Source: Aestuariivirgaceae bacterium (lineage in GTDB: Bacteria > Pseudomonadota > Alphaproteobacteria > Rhizobiales > Aestuariivirgaceae). From it: a stretch of DNA of 59,063 nt. Positions 45,205 to 53,906 of the stretch are shown in pieces. The notes under the pieces were generated by a model. It was not told the origin of the DNA and ran no database searches. It worked only from the letters and a program-made list of their open reading frames with translations. The stretch is from NCBI GenBank assembly GCA_036746875.1, contig DAIODI010000001.1, positions 1-59,063 on the forward strand, written 5' to 3'. Position 1 is the first letter of the stretch. Each line of letters begins with the position of its first letter. A program made the translations under genes and the position numbers.

Positions 45205-46646
45205 GTGAACTTGTCGCCGAACAGGAACTCGATGGTGCGATCGAGCCTGATATGGGGAAACGACGGGCTTTGCACCAGCGGCGGCTTCGCCTCGATCAGC
45301 GGCGGGCGGAACCGAACGAACCGGATCGAGCCTGCGAGCGAGGCGTCGAGGGCGCGGGCGGGATCGGCCGGCAGGTCGCCGGGGAAGATCGCCGCTTCGG
45401 TGCGGCCGTCGAAGGTTTCCCCGCCGATGGTCTCGCCTCCTTGCGGCACGCCGACGATACAGGGCAGCGACTCGCCGCCCTGCCTCACGGTCGCCTCGCG
45501 CGTCGCCCGGATGGCGGCGATGGCGGCGACGTCCACGGCCGCGCCGGAGAACTGCGCCCGCTTCACCGCGCCCTCCACGATGAGGCGCAAGATCGCCTCC
45601 AGCCGGTCGTGGCTGGTGTGATGCAGGAGATCGGCCTTGGTGGCGGCGAACAGGATGCGGTCGATCCTGCGGCCGAAGAGCGACGACGCCCAGCTGTTCG
45701 CGCCCTGGCGAAAGCAGGCGAGCACCGCGGTGAGCGCTGCCGAGAGATCGGCGACGGCGGACGGCCCGGCGTTGAGCGCGGTCAGCACGTCGGCGAGCAC
45801 GATCTGCCGGTCGAGACGGGCGAAGTGACTGTAGAAGAACGGCCGCACCACGTGGGCGACATAACTGTCGTAGCGCCGCCGCATCATCGCGTGCAGGGAG
45901 CCGCGCGGGGGCGAGGCGTCCGGCGTCACGTCGAGCGGCGCAAACGTGAGCAGCGGCGAGCCCTCGAGATCGCCGGGCATCAGGAACCGGCCCGGCGGCA
46001 ACGACGACATGGACACCGCCTCGGCGCGGCAGCGGGCGAGATAGGCGGTGAAGAGGCGCGCCGCCTCCTGCGCCGCAAGTTCGCTCGCCGCCGCGTCCGG
46101 ATCGAGCGAGGCGAGGTGCTCGCGCCATTCGCCCGCCAGCGCCGCCCGCGGCGCGGCGCGGCTCTGGGCGACGGTCGCGTGCGACCACGCCTCGAAGGTC
46201 ATGGTCATCAGCGGCAGGTCGAGCAGCCATTCGCCGGGATAGTCCACGATGTCGATGTGGAGCGCGCCGCCGTGGGTGTTGCGCGCGATCACGCCACGGG
46301 CGGCGTATTCGACGGTGAGACGAAGCTCCGACAGCCGCCGGGTGCTCTCCGGCCAGCGTCGGTTGTCGCCCTTGAGCGACTGCACATGCTCCTCCCAGGC
46401 GAAGCGCGGCAGCTCGTCGTGGAGTTGCGGTTCGAGGTAGGCGCGGGCGATGCGTCCTTGCGCGTAGGCGTTGAACAGCGGCAGCCGCCCGCCGCCCAGC
46501 AGGGCGTGGACGAGGGCGGTGATGAACACGGTCTTGCCCGACCGCGACAGGCCGGTGACGCCCAGCCGCACGCCCGGCGACACGAGCCCCGCGAACAGGT
46601 CGCCGACGCCGCCCAGCGCCACCCGCGTTTCGTCGAGGAACCCCAC
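45201..46646 (-). CDS. ycjX: YcjX-like P-loop NTPase
   Basis: GVTGLSRSGKTVFITALVHAL Walker A and DYPGEWLLDLPL. GTG start. Confidence 0.88.
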   Translation of the reverse strand: MGFLDETRVALGGVGDLFAGLVSPGVRLGVTGLSRSGKTVFITALVHALLGGGRLPLFNAYAQGRIARAYLEPQLHDELPRFAWEEHVQSLKGDNRRWPESTRRLSELRLTVEYAARGVIARNTHGGALHIDIVDYPGEWLLDLPLMTMTFEAWSHATVAQSRAAPRAALAGEWREHLASLDPDAAASELAAQEAARLFTAYLARCRAEAVSMSSLPPGRFLMPGDLEGSPLLTFAPLDVTPDASPPRGSLHAMMRRRYDSYVAHVVRPFFYSHFARLDRQIVLADVLTALNAGPSAVADLSAALTAVLACFRQGANSWASSLFGRRIDRILFAATKADLLHHTSHDRLEAILRLIVEGAVKRAQFSGAAVDVAAIAAIRATREATVRQGGESLPCIVGVPQGGETIGGETFDGRTEAAIFPGDLPADPARALDASLAGSIRFVRFRPPLIEAKPPLVQSPSFPHIRLDRTIEFLFGDKFT

Positions 46647-46661
46647 GCAGGCCCCTGCCCG

Positions 46662-47186
46662 TCAGTCGCCGGCGAGCGCGCGCGGCCGCACGAAGGCGGC
46701 GAGCGTGCAGCGGGCGGGATCGAGGCCGGACCAGGCGGGCGCGTCCACGTCGAACACGGCGAGCCCGGCGGTGGGAAACTTGCGGCGGATCGCGGCGATG
46801 GCGTCGGGCGGCCCCGATCGGGCAAGCCGGATGGCGAGGAACTCCATCGACGGGTTGTGTCCGACGATCATCAGCGTACGCGCCTCGCCGCCGCGGGCGC
46901 GGATCACGTCGAGGAGGGCGTCGCCGCCGCCGAAGTCGTACACGGCCTCGTCGTAGATCACCTCCGGCGACAACCGGGCGGCGTCGAGCGCCAGATCGAG
47001 GGTGCGGCGCGTGCGCTCGGCCGGCGAGCAGACGACGCGGTCTGGCAGCCAGCCCATCCGCCTCAGATGCCGCCCGACGATCGGCGCGGCCTCGTTGCCG
47101 CGCCTGCTGAGCGGGCGGTCGCGGTCGTCGAGACCGGTCTCGGCCCAGCTCGACTTGGCGTGACGCAGCAGGAGAAGGCGCAGCAT
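46662..47186 (-). CDS. sixA: histidine phosphatase family protein (SixA-like)
   Basis: LLLLRHAKS (RHG-type motif) and VGHNP. Confidence 0.85.
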   Translation of the reverse strand: MLRLLLLRHAKSSWAETGLDDRDRPLSRRGNEAAPIVGRHLRRMGWLPDRVVCSPAERTRRTLDLALDAARLSPEVIYDEAVYDFGGGDALLDVIRARGGEARTLMIVGHNPSMEFLAIRLARSGPPDAIAAIRRKFPTAGLAVFDVDAPAWSGLDPARCTLAAFVRPRALAGD

Positions 47187-47272
47187 CGGCGAGGCTCGCG
47201 GGAAGGGATGTCGCCGTTGAGGATGGCCGCCCCCGGCGGCGGGCGCAAGCGCGGCGTGCGGGCGGCGGCGCC

Positions 47273-48196
47273 TCAGCGTCTGCGGCCGATCAGTCCGGGA
47301 TCGAACGGCACGGTCTGGTAGACCTGGTTGATCCAGTTGCCGAACAGCAGGTGCGCATGGCTGCGCCAGCGGTTTTCCGGCGGCATCGCGGGGTCGTCGT
47401 GGGGAAAGTAGTTGGCGGGGAGCAGGATCGGCTTGCCGGCGTTGACGTCGCGGAAGTACTCCTCGCCGAGCGTCGCGGTGTCGTACTCGATGTGGTTGAA
47501 CATGTAGAGCGAGCGGTGGCGCGCGTCGGAGACGAGACAGAGGCCCGCCTCGTCTGACTCCATCAGCACCTCAAGGCCCGGCGCATCGGGGAGGTCGGCG
47601 CGGCGCACCTCGGTCCAGCGCGAGACGGGGATCGAGAAGTCGTCGGAGAAGCCGCGCAGGTACGGCGAGGCCGGATTGAGGTTGCGGTGGCGGTAGACGC
47701 CGAACGCCTTGCGGGGCAACGGGTGTTTCGGCACGCCGTGGTGATGGTAGATCGCGGCCTGCGCGCCCCAGCAGATACAGAAGGTGGAATGGACGTTGGT
47801 CTGCGTCCAGTCGAACACCTCGGCGAGTTCGTTCCAGTAGGTGACGTCCTCGAAGTCGAGGAGTTCGACCGGCGCCCCGGTGACGATGAACCCGTCGAAA
47901 CGCTCGCCGCGCACCTCGGCGAAATCGCTGTAGAAGGCGAGCATGTGCTCGGCCGATGTGTTCTTCGGCGTGTGATGGGTCATCTTGACCAGCGTCAGCT
48001 CGACCTGCAGCGGCGTCGCCCCGCACAGCCGCGCGAACTGCGTCTCGGTGCGGATCTTGTCGGGCATCAGGTTGAGCAGCCCGATGCGCAGGGGACGGAT
48101 GTCCTGGCGCACGGCGTCGTCCTCGGCCATCAGCATCACGCCCTCGCGTTCGAGGGTCTTTCGGGCCGGAAGGTCTCCGGGAATCTTGATCGGCAT
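47273..48196 (-). CDS. metA: homoserine O-acyltransferase, MetA family
   Basis: [11 protein letters not shown]..., [19 protein letters not shown] and CWGAQAA motifs. Confidence 0.92.
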   Translation of the reverse strand: MPIKIPGDLPARKTLEREGVMLMAEDDAVRQDIRPLRIGLLNLMPDKIRTETQFARLCGATPLQVELTLVKMTHHTPKNTSAEHMLAFYSDFAEVRGERFDGFIVTGAPVELLDFEDVTYWNELAEVFDWTQTNVHSTFCICWGAQAAIYHHHGVPKHPLPRKAFGVYRHRNLNPASPYLRGFSDDFSIPVSRWTEVRRADLPDAPGLEVLMESDEAGLCLVSDARHRSLYMFNHIEYDTATLGEEYFRDVNAGKPILLPANYFPHDDPAMPPENRWRSHAHLLFGNWINQVYQTVPFDPGLIGRRR

Positions 48197-48213
48197 CGGT
48201 TGGTTCCCGGGGG

Positions 48214-49080
48214 TCAGCGCGGCGCCTGGTCGATGGCGCGGCAGACGAGGTCGAGGAACGAGGCTTCGTCGGCGACGTGGGGGATGTCCTCCATCTCCAC
48301 CGTGTAACCGTAGCGGCGCGCAATTCCCTCGTAGAGCGGAATGCGGTGGTGCAGGAGTTGCTCGAAGCCCCACACGGCGAAGGCGTCCGGGTTCACGTCG
48401 TCGTCGGCGGCCACGCCGGCCGCCGCCTTATACTCGCGCCACTTCGCGTCGAGGAATTGCGGCTGGTAGTACATCGGCTTGGGCGACAGGCGGAACCGGT
48501 CGACGAGCTTGCGGGCGTGGCCGGGCGCGCCGCGGATGTAGAGCAGCAGCGTGCTCTCGGCGAGGCTGTTGAGCACCGGATCGCCGCCATCGGACAGGTT
48601 GACCACCTCGCACAGCGAGCCGCCGGAATCGCAGATGAAGTGCTGGTAGCGGTAGATATCGCGCGACTTCCCGATGAACAGCGGCACGTCGAGCAGCGCG
48701 GCGATCTCGGCCTGGCGGTGCTGGGCCTGGCGGCGCTTGTACTCGGCGAACGGGATGCCGCCCTGGCCGGGATCGCCGGGCTTGCCGAGGTAGGTGGACA
48801 GCGGGTCGAGGTTGTCGAAGGAGATGTTGGAGGAGATGTAGATCGAATCGGTGCGCAGCAGGTCGCGCAGGAACGGGTTCTTCATCGCCTCGCGCTTGAA
48901 GTTGTCGGCGATGTATTCGCCCATGTAGCGGGTGCCGATGCGGTAATCGACCGAGTAGTTGAACCAGTCGTGCCGGCGCAGCGTTCTGGCGAGCGTGGTC
49001 TTTCCCACCCCGGACATGCCGAAGATGGTGACCGCCTTCGACGGCCAGGCCCGGAATTCGCGCGAGGAGGTGAACTTCAT
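48214..49080 (-). CDS. P-loop ATPase of unknown function
   Basis: [12 protein letters not shown] Walker A. 17 nt upstream of metA. Confidence 0.75.
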   Translation of the reverse strand: MKFTSSREFRAWPSKAVTIFGMSGVGKTTLARTLRRHDWFNYSVDYRIGTRYMGEYIADNFKREAMKNPFLRDLLRTDSIYISSNISFDNLDPLSTYLGKPGDPGQGGIPFAEYKRRQAQHRQAEIAALLDVPLFIGKSRDIYRYQHFICDSGGSLCEVVNLSDGGDPVLNSLAESTLLLYIRGAPGHARKLVDRFRLSPKPMYYQPQFLDAKWREYKAAAGVAADDDVNPDAFAVWGFEQLLHHRIPLYEGIARRYGYTVEMEDIPHVADEASFLDLVCRAIDQAPR

Positions 49081-49135
49081 GGCGGCAGACCAATAGCCCA
49101 AGCGCGCCGCCGGCGCAAAGCCGCGGGCGGACCGT

Positions 49136-50545
49136 TCAGAACTGGCGGGTGATGGTGAGGCTCGCGCCGTGGGCGTAGTAGTCGCCGAACGGGGTGTTCG
49201 ACCACGCCTGGGTGTAAGTGTACTCGAGTTGCGGCGCGAAGCCCCAGAAGTCCCAGTCGCGCTTGGTCAGGGTGGCGCGGCCGTCGAAGATCAGGTCGTC
49301 GCGCGGTTCGTCCATGAACGGATAGTCGCCATCGTAGAAGGCGCGCCGCAGACGGCCCTCGGCGTACAGGCTGAGCCCGTAGGAGAATTCGTGATAGGCG
49401 GCCAGCCCGCCGCCCGCGCTCCAGCTGGCGAGGTGATCGTATACGGCGGTGGTCCGGTCGAGCCCGCCCAGCGCGTAGAACACGGTGGAGGGCGACCACG
49501 CCCACGACACCTGCCCGCCGGCGGCGGCAAGCCATCCGCTCCGGTAATCGGCGTTCTGATAGGATGTGGGACCGGCCCGCACCCGAAGATAGCCGCCGGT
49601 GCGTGGTGAGAAGCGCTGCTTGATGGTCGCCTGCATCCCGGCGAACAGCTGAAGCTCGTCCGCGCCGATGAACCGCTGCTGGGTGAGGCCGCCGAGCCAG
49701 ACCTCGGTCCCGTCCTTCCTGCGGCGCAGCTCGATGATCTGCGACACCAGGGTGTCGTCGAAGTTCTCGCCCTGATAATCCGTGTACGTCACACCTACCG
49801 CTCCGACCAGGGTGAGGCCGGGGCCGAGCGGCGTGCTCCATGAGCCGTCAACCCCGCCGCGCACGCCGATGCCGCTTTTCTCGCGGCTGTCGCCATCCAC
49901 CTTGAAGGGCAGGCCGCCGATCCAGATGATGTCGTTGCTGGTGCCGTTGTTGAAGTTGGTCGAGGGCGCGATCGACGCCCAGACCGAGAACTGCCACGGC
50001 CGGCGATCGTCGATGGCGTCGAGGAAGCCGTTGAAGGTGCGCGCAAGCTCGGGCGTCGGCGCGGCGCCGATGAGCAGCTCGTACTGGAAGCGGGCGGCGT
50101 CGTCGTCCTCGAGCAGGAACAGCGTGTGGGCGAGCTCGGCGCGCACCAGCGTCAGGCCGGGATCGCTGGCGAGCGCAGCGCGGTACTTCGCCGCTGCGCC
50201 CTTGAGGTCGCCGTTCGCCTTCAGGATCAGGCCCTCGACGAACAGCGTGCGGTTGGCGGCGTAGGGTCCGGTGAACGGATACATGGCGAGAAGCTTCTGC
50301 GCCGCGGCCACGTCGCCGTCGCGGGGCAGGGCGATCAGCAGGTGCAGGCGGGCGGCGTCGTCGAGCGTGGAGAGATCGACGGGGCGGCGCGGATCGCCCG
50401 TCGCCGGCGCTGCTTCTGCATCGGCCTTCGGCGTCGCCGCCGCTTCCTGTTGCGGAGCGGACGCGGCGGCCTGCGCCGGGGCGGGCGCGAGGGCGGCGAC
50501 CATCCCGGCGAGGAAGATCGCAAACCACCGTCCCGTCCATTTCAC
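49136..50545 (-). CDS. surface lipoprotein assembly modifier (Slam; TPR-like N-terminus plus DUF560 outer-membrane barrel)
   Basis: Signal peptide, then an Ala-rich helical region. The C-terminal 300 aa show alternating beta-strand patterns and end in TITRQF (terminal aromatic). GTGA overlap with the upstream lipoprotein gene. Confidence 0.8.
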   Translation of the reverse strand: MKWTGRWFAIFLAGMVAALAPAPAQAAASAPQQEAAATPKADAEAAPATGDPRRPVDLSTLDDAARLHLLIALPRDGDVAAAQKLLAMYPFTGPYAANRTLFVEGLILKANGDLKGAAAKYRAALASDPGLTLVRAELAHTLFLLEDDDAARFQYELLIGAAPTPELARTFNGFLDAIDDRRPWQFSVWASIAPSTNFNNGTSNDIIWIGGLPFKVDGDSREKSGIGVRGGVDGSWSTPLGPGLTLVGAVGVTYTDYQGENFDDTLVSQIIELRRRKDGTEVWLGGLTQQRFIGADELQLFAGMQATIKQRFSPRTGGYLRVRAGPTSYQNADYRSGWLAAAGGQVSWAWSPSTVFYALGGLDRTTAVYDHLASWSAGGGLAAYHEFSYGLSLYAEGRLRRAFYDGDYPFMDEPRDDLIFDGRATLTKRDWDFWGFAPQLEYTYTQAWSNTPFGDYYAHGASLTITRQF

Positions 50546-51633
50546 TGCTTCGTTCCGTGGAAGAATCCCTTGATGTCGACGAAGCCGCGCCTGTCATCGT
50601 TGATCGCGGTGTCGCCGCCGCTGGGATTCACGCTGACCGCGAAGTTGGTGAACACCCCGGTGATCTCGTTGGCGTTGGGTCCGAATACGACGCCATACAG
50701 CGGATTCTCGTTGTTGAGTTCGCCGCCGACGCCGGGCTGGCAGGCGCCGCGGCAGGTGATGCCGGTGATCGTGTTTCCGTCGATCGTGCCCACCAGATCG
50801 TTGGTGACCTGGATGATCGGCGCATAGACCGGCAGCAGATCGCTGGATACATTGGGGGTCGGGTCGCGCTCGGCATTGGGGCGATCGAAATAGCCGAAGT
50901 ACGTTCTGCCTTCGCCGAATGTCTCCCAATACGTCGGTGTCAGCGTGCCCCTGAAGGTCGCCGCGGTGAAGTTCGCCGTCATCGTCGCGTTGCCGGAGAT
51001 TCGGTAGTCGCCATTCAGGGTGTAGGGGGCACTTGAAGATGGCTCCACGAAGCCCCTGTTGTTCTGGTCGATGGTCCACCTCCCGGCGTACGTCGCCGAG
51101 CCGGTTTGCGTCGCGGTGGTGCGGTCGCCGTTGAAGAACCAGGCGCTGCCGTTGTTGGTCACGTCGCGGAACTGGGCGGCGTAGCTGTGGGGGTACTGCC
51201 AGTACTGCAGTTCCGCATCCGAGGAGTTGGTGATGCGGCGGTATTCGGTGTAGTTGGAGCCGAGCGTCAAATCCGGATTGGGCGGCTGTCGCAGGTAAAG
51301 GTTCAGCCGGTATGGACCCTTGAAGCCGAGCTGTTGCTTCGGGTCCACGAAGACTTCGGCCCTTTCCTGATCGGTCCCCTTGTTTGTGAAGCGTACGGCC
51401 GCGAGGCCGGGGCTGAACGTCGACCGTCCGCTGTCGTTGAAGACGAGCGCCAGATCGCCATTGGTCAGATTGGTGTTGTTGCCGCCGCCGCCGCCGTCTG
51501 TCGGCGGCTTCAATCCGTCATCGCCGCCGCCGCCGCCGCCGCCGCCAGACACCAGCCTGTCGGGCGAGGATGCGCAACCGGCGCCGGCCAGCGCCAGCGC
51601 GATCGAAAGAACCAACGGGGACAAACGACGCAT
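50542..51633 (-). CDS. TbpB-fold (C-lobe handle/barrel type) lipoprotein, candidate Slam substrate
   Basis: Lipobox LAGAGC and a poly-Gly tether. SATYAGRW, ANFTAATFRGTL, GTIDGNTITG, LYGVVFGPNANEITGVF, and a terminal KGFFHGTKQ. Confidence 0.75.
   Translation of the reverse strand: MRRLSPLVLSIALALAGAGCASSPDRLVSGGGGGGGGDDGLKPPTDGGGGGNNTNLTNGDLALVFNDSGRSTFSPGLAAVRFTNKGTDQERAEVFVDPKQQLGFKGPYRLNLYLRQPPNPDLTLGSNYTEYRRITNSSDAELQYWQYPHSYAAQFRDVTNNGSAWFFNGDRTTATQTGSATYAGRWTIDQNNRGFVEPSSSAPYTLNGDYRISGNATMTANFTAATFRGTLTPTYWETFGEGRTYFGYFDRPNAERDPTPNVSSDLLPVYAPIIQVTNDLVGTIDGNTITGITCRGACQPGVGGELNNENPLYGVVFGPNANEITGVFTNFAVSVNPSGGDTAINDDRRGFVDIKGFFHGTKQ
51523..51546. repeat. (GCC)8 trinucleotide tract encoding the Gly8 tether of the lipoprotein
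   Basis: Eight perfect GCC units. A second (GCC)5 tract lies at 51481-51495. Confidence 0.9.
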
Positions 51634-51722
51634 CGACCCGGACCTCGTCTCGCCACAAGTTGCGATGGACCGATCATGCTTCGTTAAGGTTAAAATTGCC
51701 TGAAGTGATGGTTGACCAAAGG

Positions 51723-52568
51723 TTAACGCTGCTCGCGCCGGGCCATGAAGGCGAGGCGCTCGAACAGCGAAACGTCCTGTTCGTTCTTCAGCAGCGCGCC
51801 GTGCAGCGGCGGGATCACCTTGCGCGGGTCGCGCTCACGCAGCGTTTCCGGCGCGATGTCCTCCGCCATCAGCAGTTTCAGCCAGTCGAGCAGTTCTGAG
51901 GTGGAGGGCTTCTTTTTCAGGCCCGGCACGTCGCGCACCTGATAGAAAATGTTCAGCGCCTCCCCGACGAGCCGCTGCTTGATGCCGGGGAAGTGCACCT
52001 CGACGATCTCACGCATCGTGTCGGGGTCGGGAAAACGGATGTAATGAAAGAAGCAGCGGCGCAGGAACGCATCCGGCAGCTCCTTTTCGTTGTTGGAGGT
52101 GATTATGACCACCGGGCGGCGCGCCGCCTTCACCGTCTCGCCGGTCTCGTAGACAAAGAACTCCATGCGGTCGAGCTCGCGCAGCAGGTCGTTGGGGAAC
52201 TCGATGTCGGCCTTGTCGATCTCGTCGATCAGCAGCACCGGGCGTTGCGAGTGGGAGAACGCCTCCCACAGCTTGCCGCGGCGGATGTAGTTGGAGATGT
52301 CCTTAACCCGCGGATCCCCAAGCTGGCTGTCGCGCAGGCGGTTCACCGCATCGTACTCGTAAAGGCCATGCTGAGCCTTGGTGGTGGACTTTACATGCCA
52401 TTCAATGAGCGGCGCGTCGATGGCGCGGGCGACCTCGTGCGCCAACACCGTCTTGCCGGTGCCCGGCTCGCCCTTCACGAGCAACGGCCGCTCCAGAACG
52501 ATGGCGGCGTTGACCGCCACCTTGAGATCACTGGTCGCGACGTAGTCGCTGGTCCCCTCGAAACGCAC
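51723..52568 (-). CDS. MoxR-family AAA+ ATPase (CoxD-like)
   Basis: LVKGEPGTGKT Walker A and LLIDEIDKA Walker B. GTG start preceded by GGGGAGG. Confidence 0.92.
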   Translation of the reverse strand: MRFEGTSDYVATSDLKVAVNAAIVLERPLLVKGEPGTGKTVLAHEVARAIDAPLIEWHVKSTTKAQHGLYEYDAVNRLRDSQLGDPRVKDISNYIRRGKLWEAFSHSQRPVLLIDEIDKADIEFPNDLLRELDRMEFFVYETGETVKAARRPVVIITSNNEKELPDAFLRRCFFHYIRFPDPDTMREIVEVHFPGIKQRLVGEALNIFYQVRDVPGLKKKPSTSELLDWLKLLMAEDIAPETLRERDPRKVIPPLHGALLKNEQDVSLFERLAFMARREQR

Positions 52569-52730
52569 AGTCAGCCTCCCCGCCGCCGGACAAGGCGAAC
52601 CTCTTAACGCAACCGCGCCCGCCCGGCCAACGGTCTTGCTGCAACCGTCTCGCCAATGTCACCGAATCCTGCGACAGGGCGCTCCACGGAAAGGGCGCCC
52701 GGCACGGCGGGAGCCTGTCGCCAACAAGCC

Positions 52731-52759
52731 TTGTGGAGCGGAACGGTGGCCGATATATA
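52731..52759 (+). promoter_or_regulatory. candidate sigma-70-type promoter of dksA
   Basis: TTGTGG-N17-TATATA, about 45 nt upstream of the dksA ATG. Confidence 0.3.
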
Positions 52760-52802
52760 CGCGCCCGATTTATCCAGGAGCCGACGCCTTGGAGTTGCTC
52801 GA

Positions 52803-53231
52803 ATGACGAAGTCGACCGCCCCCGTCCTGGACGAAACCTACGTGCCTTCCGAGGAAGAGCCGTTCATGAACGAGCGTCATCGCGAGTACTTCCGCCAGAA
52901 GCTGCTGCGCTGGAAGGACGATATTCTCCGCGAGAGCCGCGAGACGCTGATCAGTCTCCAGGACGAAAACAACGTCCTCCCCGACCTTGCCGACCGGGCT
53001 TCGACCGAAACCGACCGGGCGCTGGAGCTGCGCACCCGCGACCGCCAGCGCAAGCTGATCTCGAAGATCGAATCGGCGCTGAAGCGGATCGAGGAGGGCA
53101 CCTACGGCTACTGCGAGGAGACCGGCGAGCCGATCAACCTGCGCCGCCTCGACGCCCGGCCCATCGCCACGCTGTCGATCGAGGCGCAGGAGCGCCATGA
53201 GCGGCGCGAGAAGGTTTACCGCGAGGACTGA
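52803..53231 (+). CDS. dksA: RNA polymerase-binding transcription factor DksA (single-Cys form)
   Basis: DRASTETDRALELRTRDRQRKLI coiled-coil tip with DxxDxA-like acidic residues. YGYCEETGEPI replaces the CxxC...CxxC zinc finger. Confidence 0.92.
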   Translation: MTKSTAPVLDETYVPSEEEPFMNERHREYFRQKLLRWKDDILRESRETLISLQDENNVLPDLADRASTETDRALELRTRDRQRKLISKIESALKRIEEGTYGYCEETGEPINLRRLDARPIATLSIEAQERHERREKVYRED

Positions 53232-53764
53232 CCGGGTTCGCTGCTGTCCCAGTCTTCCCGGGCGTCGGCGGTTTCGGACAGGCGCGGCTCAACGGCCTTT
53301 GTGGCCAACGACCCTGAGCGGAGACCGCGGTCGCCGAACACCGCCGGCCGCGGCGTGACCGGGGCGGTCCGAAGCGCGGGCGAGTGCAACGGTGTCTCAG
53401 GCGCCGCCGGCTGCGCAGCGGGCCGGGCGAGTTCGGGTTCCGGAGGGCGGTTGTCCAGCGCCGGGGCCAGCCGGTTGCGGCGCGGCGGTTCGCCGATGCT
53501 GTCTCCCGGTCCGACGATGCCGGTTTCACCCACGAGGTCGCGATCGCCGCCGATCAGTAGCAGGTGCTCCATGCCGTCGCGGCGGATCAGCACCAGGCGG
53601 CGCTCCTTGTCGAGTTCGTAGTATTCGCTGACCGAAAGGCGGGAGCCCCTGCGGCCGCGGACGCGCTTCTGGAACATGCCGAGCACCAGGAACAGCAGCA
53701 GGAGCGCCAGCAGCAGGACGGCCGCGGTGACGATCCAGGGCAGGTAGGCGTTGACGTCGGCCAT
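53216..53764 (-). CDS. FliO-like single-pass membrane protein (hypothetical)
   Basis: MADVNAYLPWIVTAAVLLLALLLLFLVLGMF followed by RRLVLIRRDGMEHLLLIGG and a Pro-rich tail. Overlaps the dksA 3' end by 16 nt. Confidence 0.55.
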   Translation of the reverse strand: MADVNAYLPWIVTAAVLLLALLLLFLVLGMFQKRVRGRRGSRLSVSEYYELDKERRLVLIRRDGMEHLLLIGGDRDLVGETGIVGPGDSIGEPPRRNRLAPALDNRPPEPELARPAAQPAAPETPLHSPALRTAPVTPRPAVFGDRGLRSGSLATKAVEPRLSETADAREDWDSSEPGQSSR

Positions 53765-53906
53765 GGGGGGATCCTCGGGAGCGGCGATTGGCGCAAACAA
53801 GCGCACGGGAGTGCTTAAGTTTGCGTCACGACCATGGCCGAAGCGGGGCCTTGTTCGCGCTATTCTGCCGGTCTGCGCCGATGATCGCCTATACTGGCCG
53901 CCGGAG

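Noticed and set aside
49081-49135. Possible SAM-II-type riboswitch ahead of the ATPase-metA unit.
   Set aside because: The minus-strand spacer (ACGGTCCGCCCGCGGCTTTGCGCCGGCGGCGCGCTTGGGCTATTGGTCTGCCGCC) lacks the AAAGCU-type 3' element and U-rich loop I associate with SAM-II. I cannot run a covariance model, so this is a weak negative.
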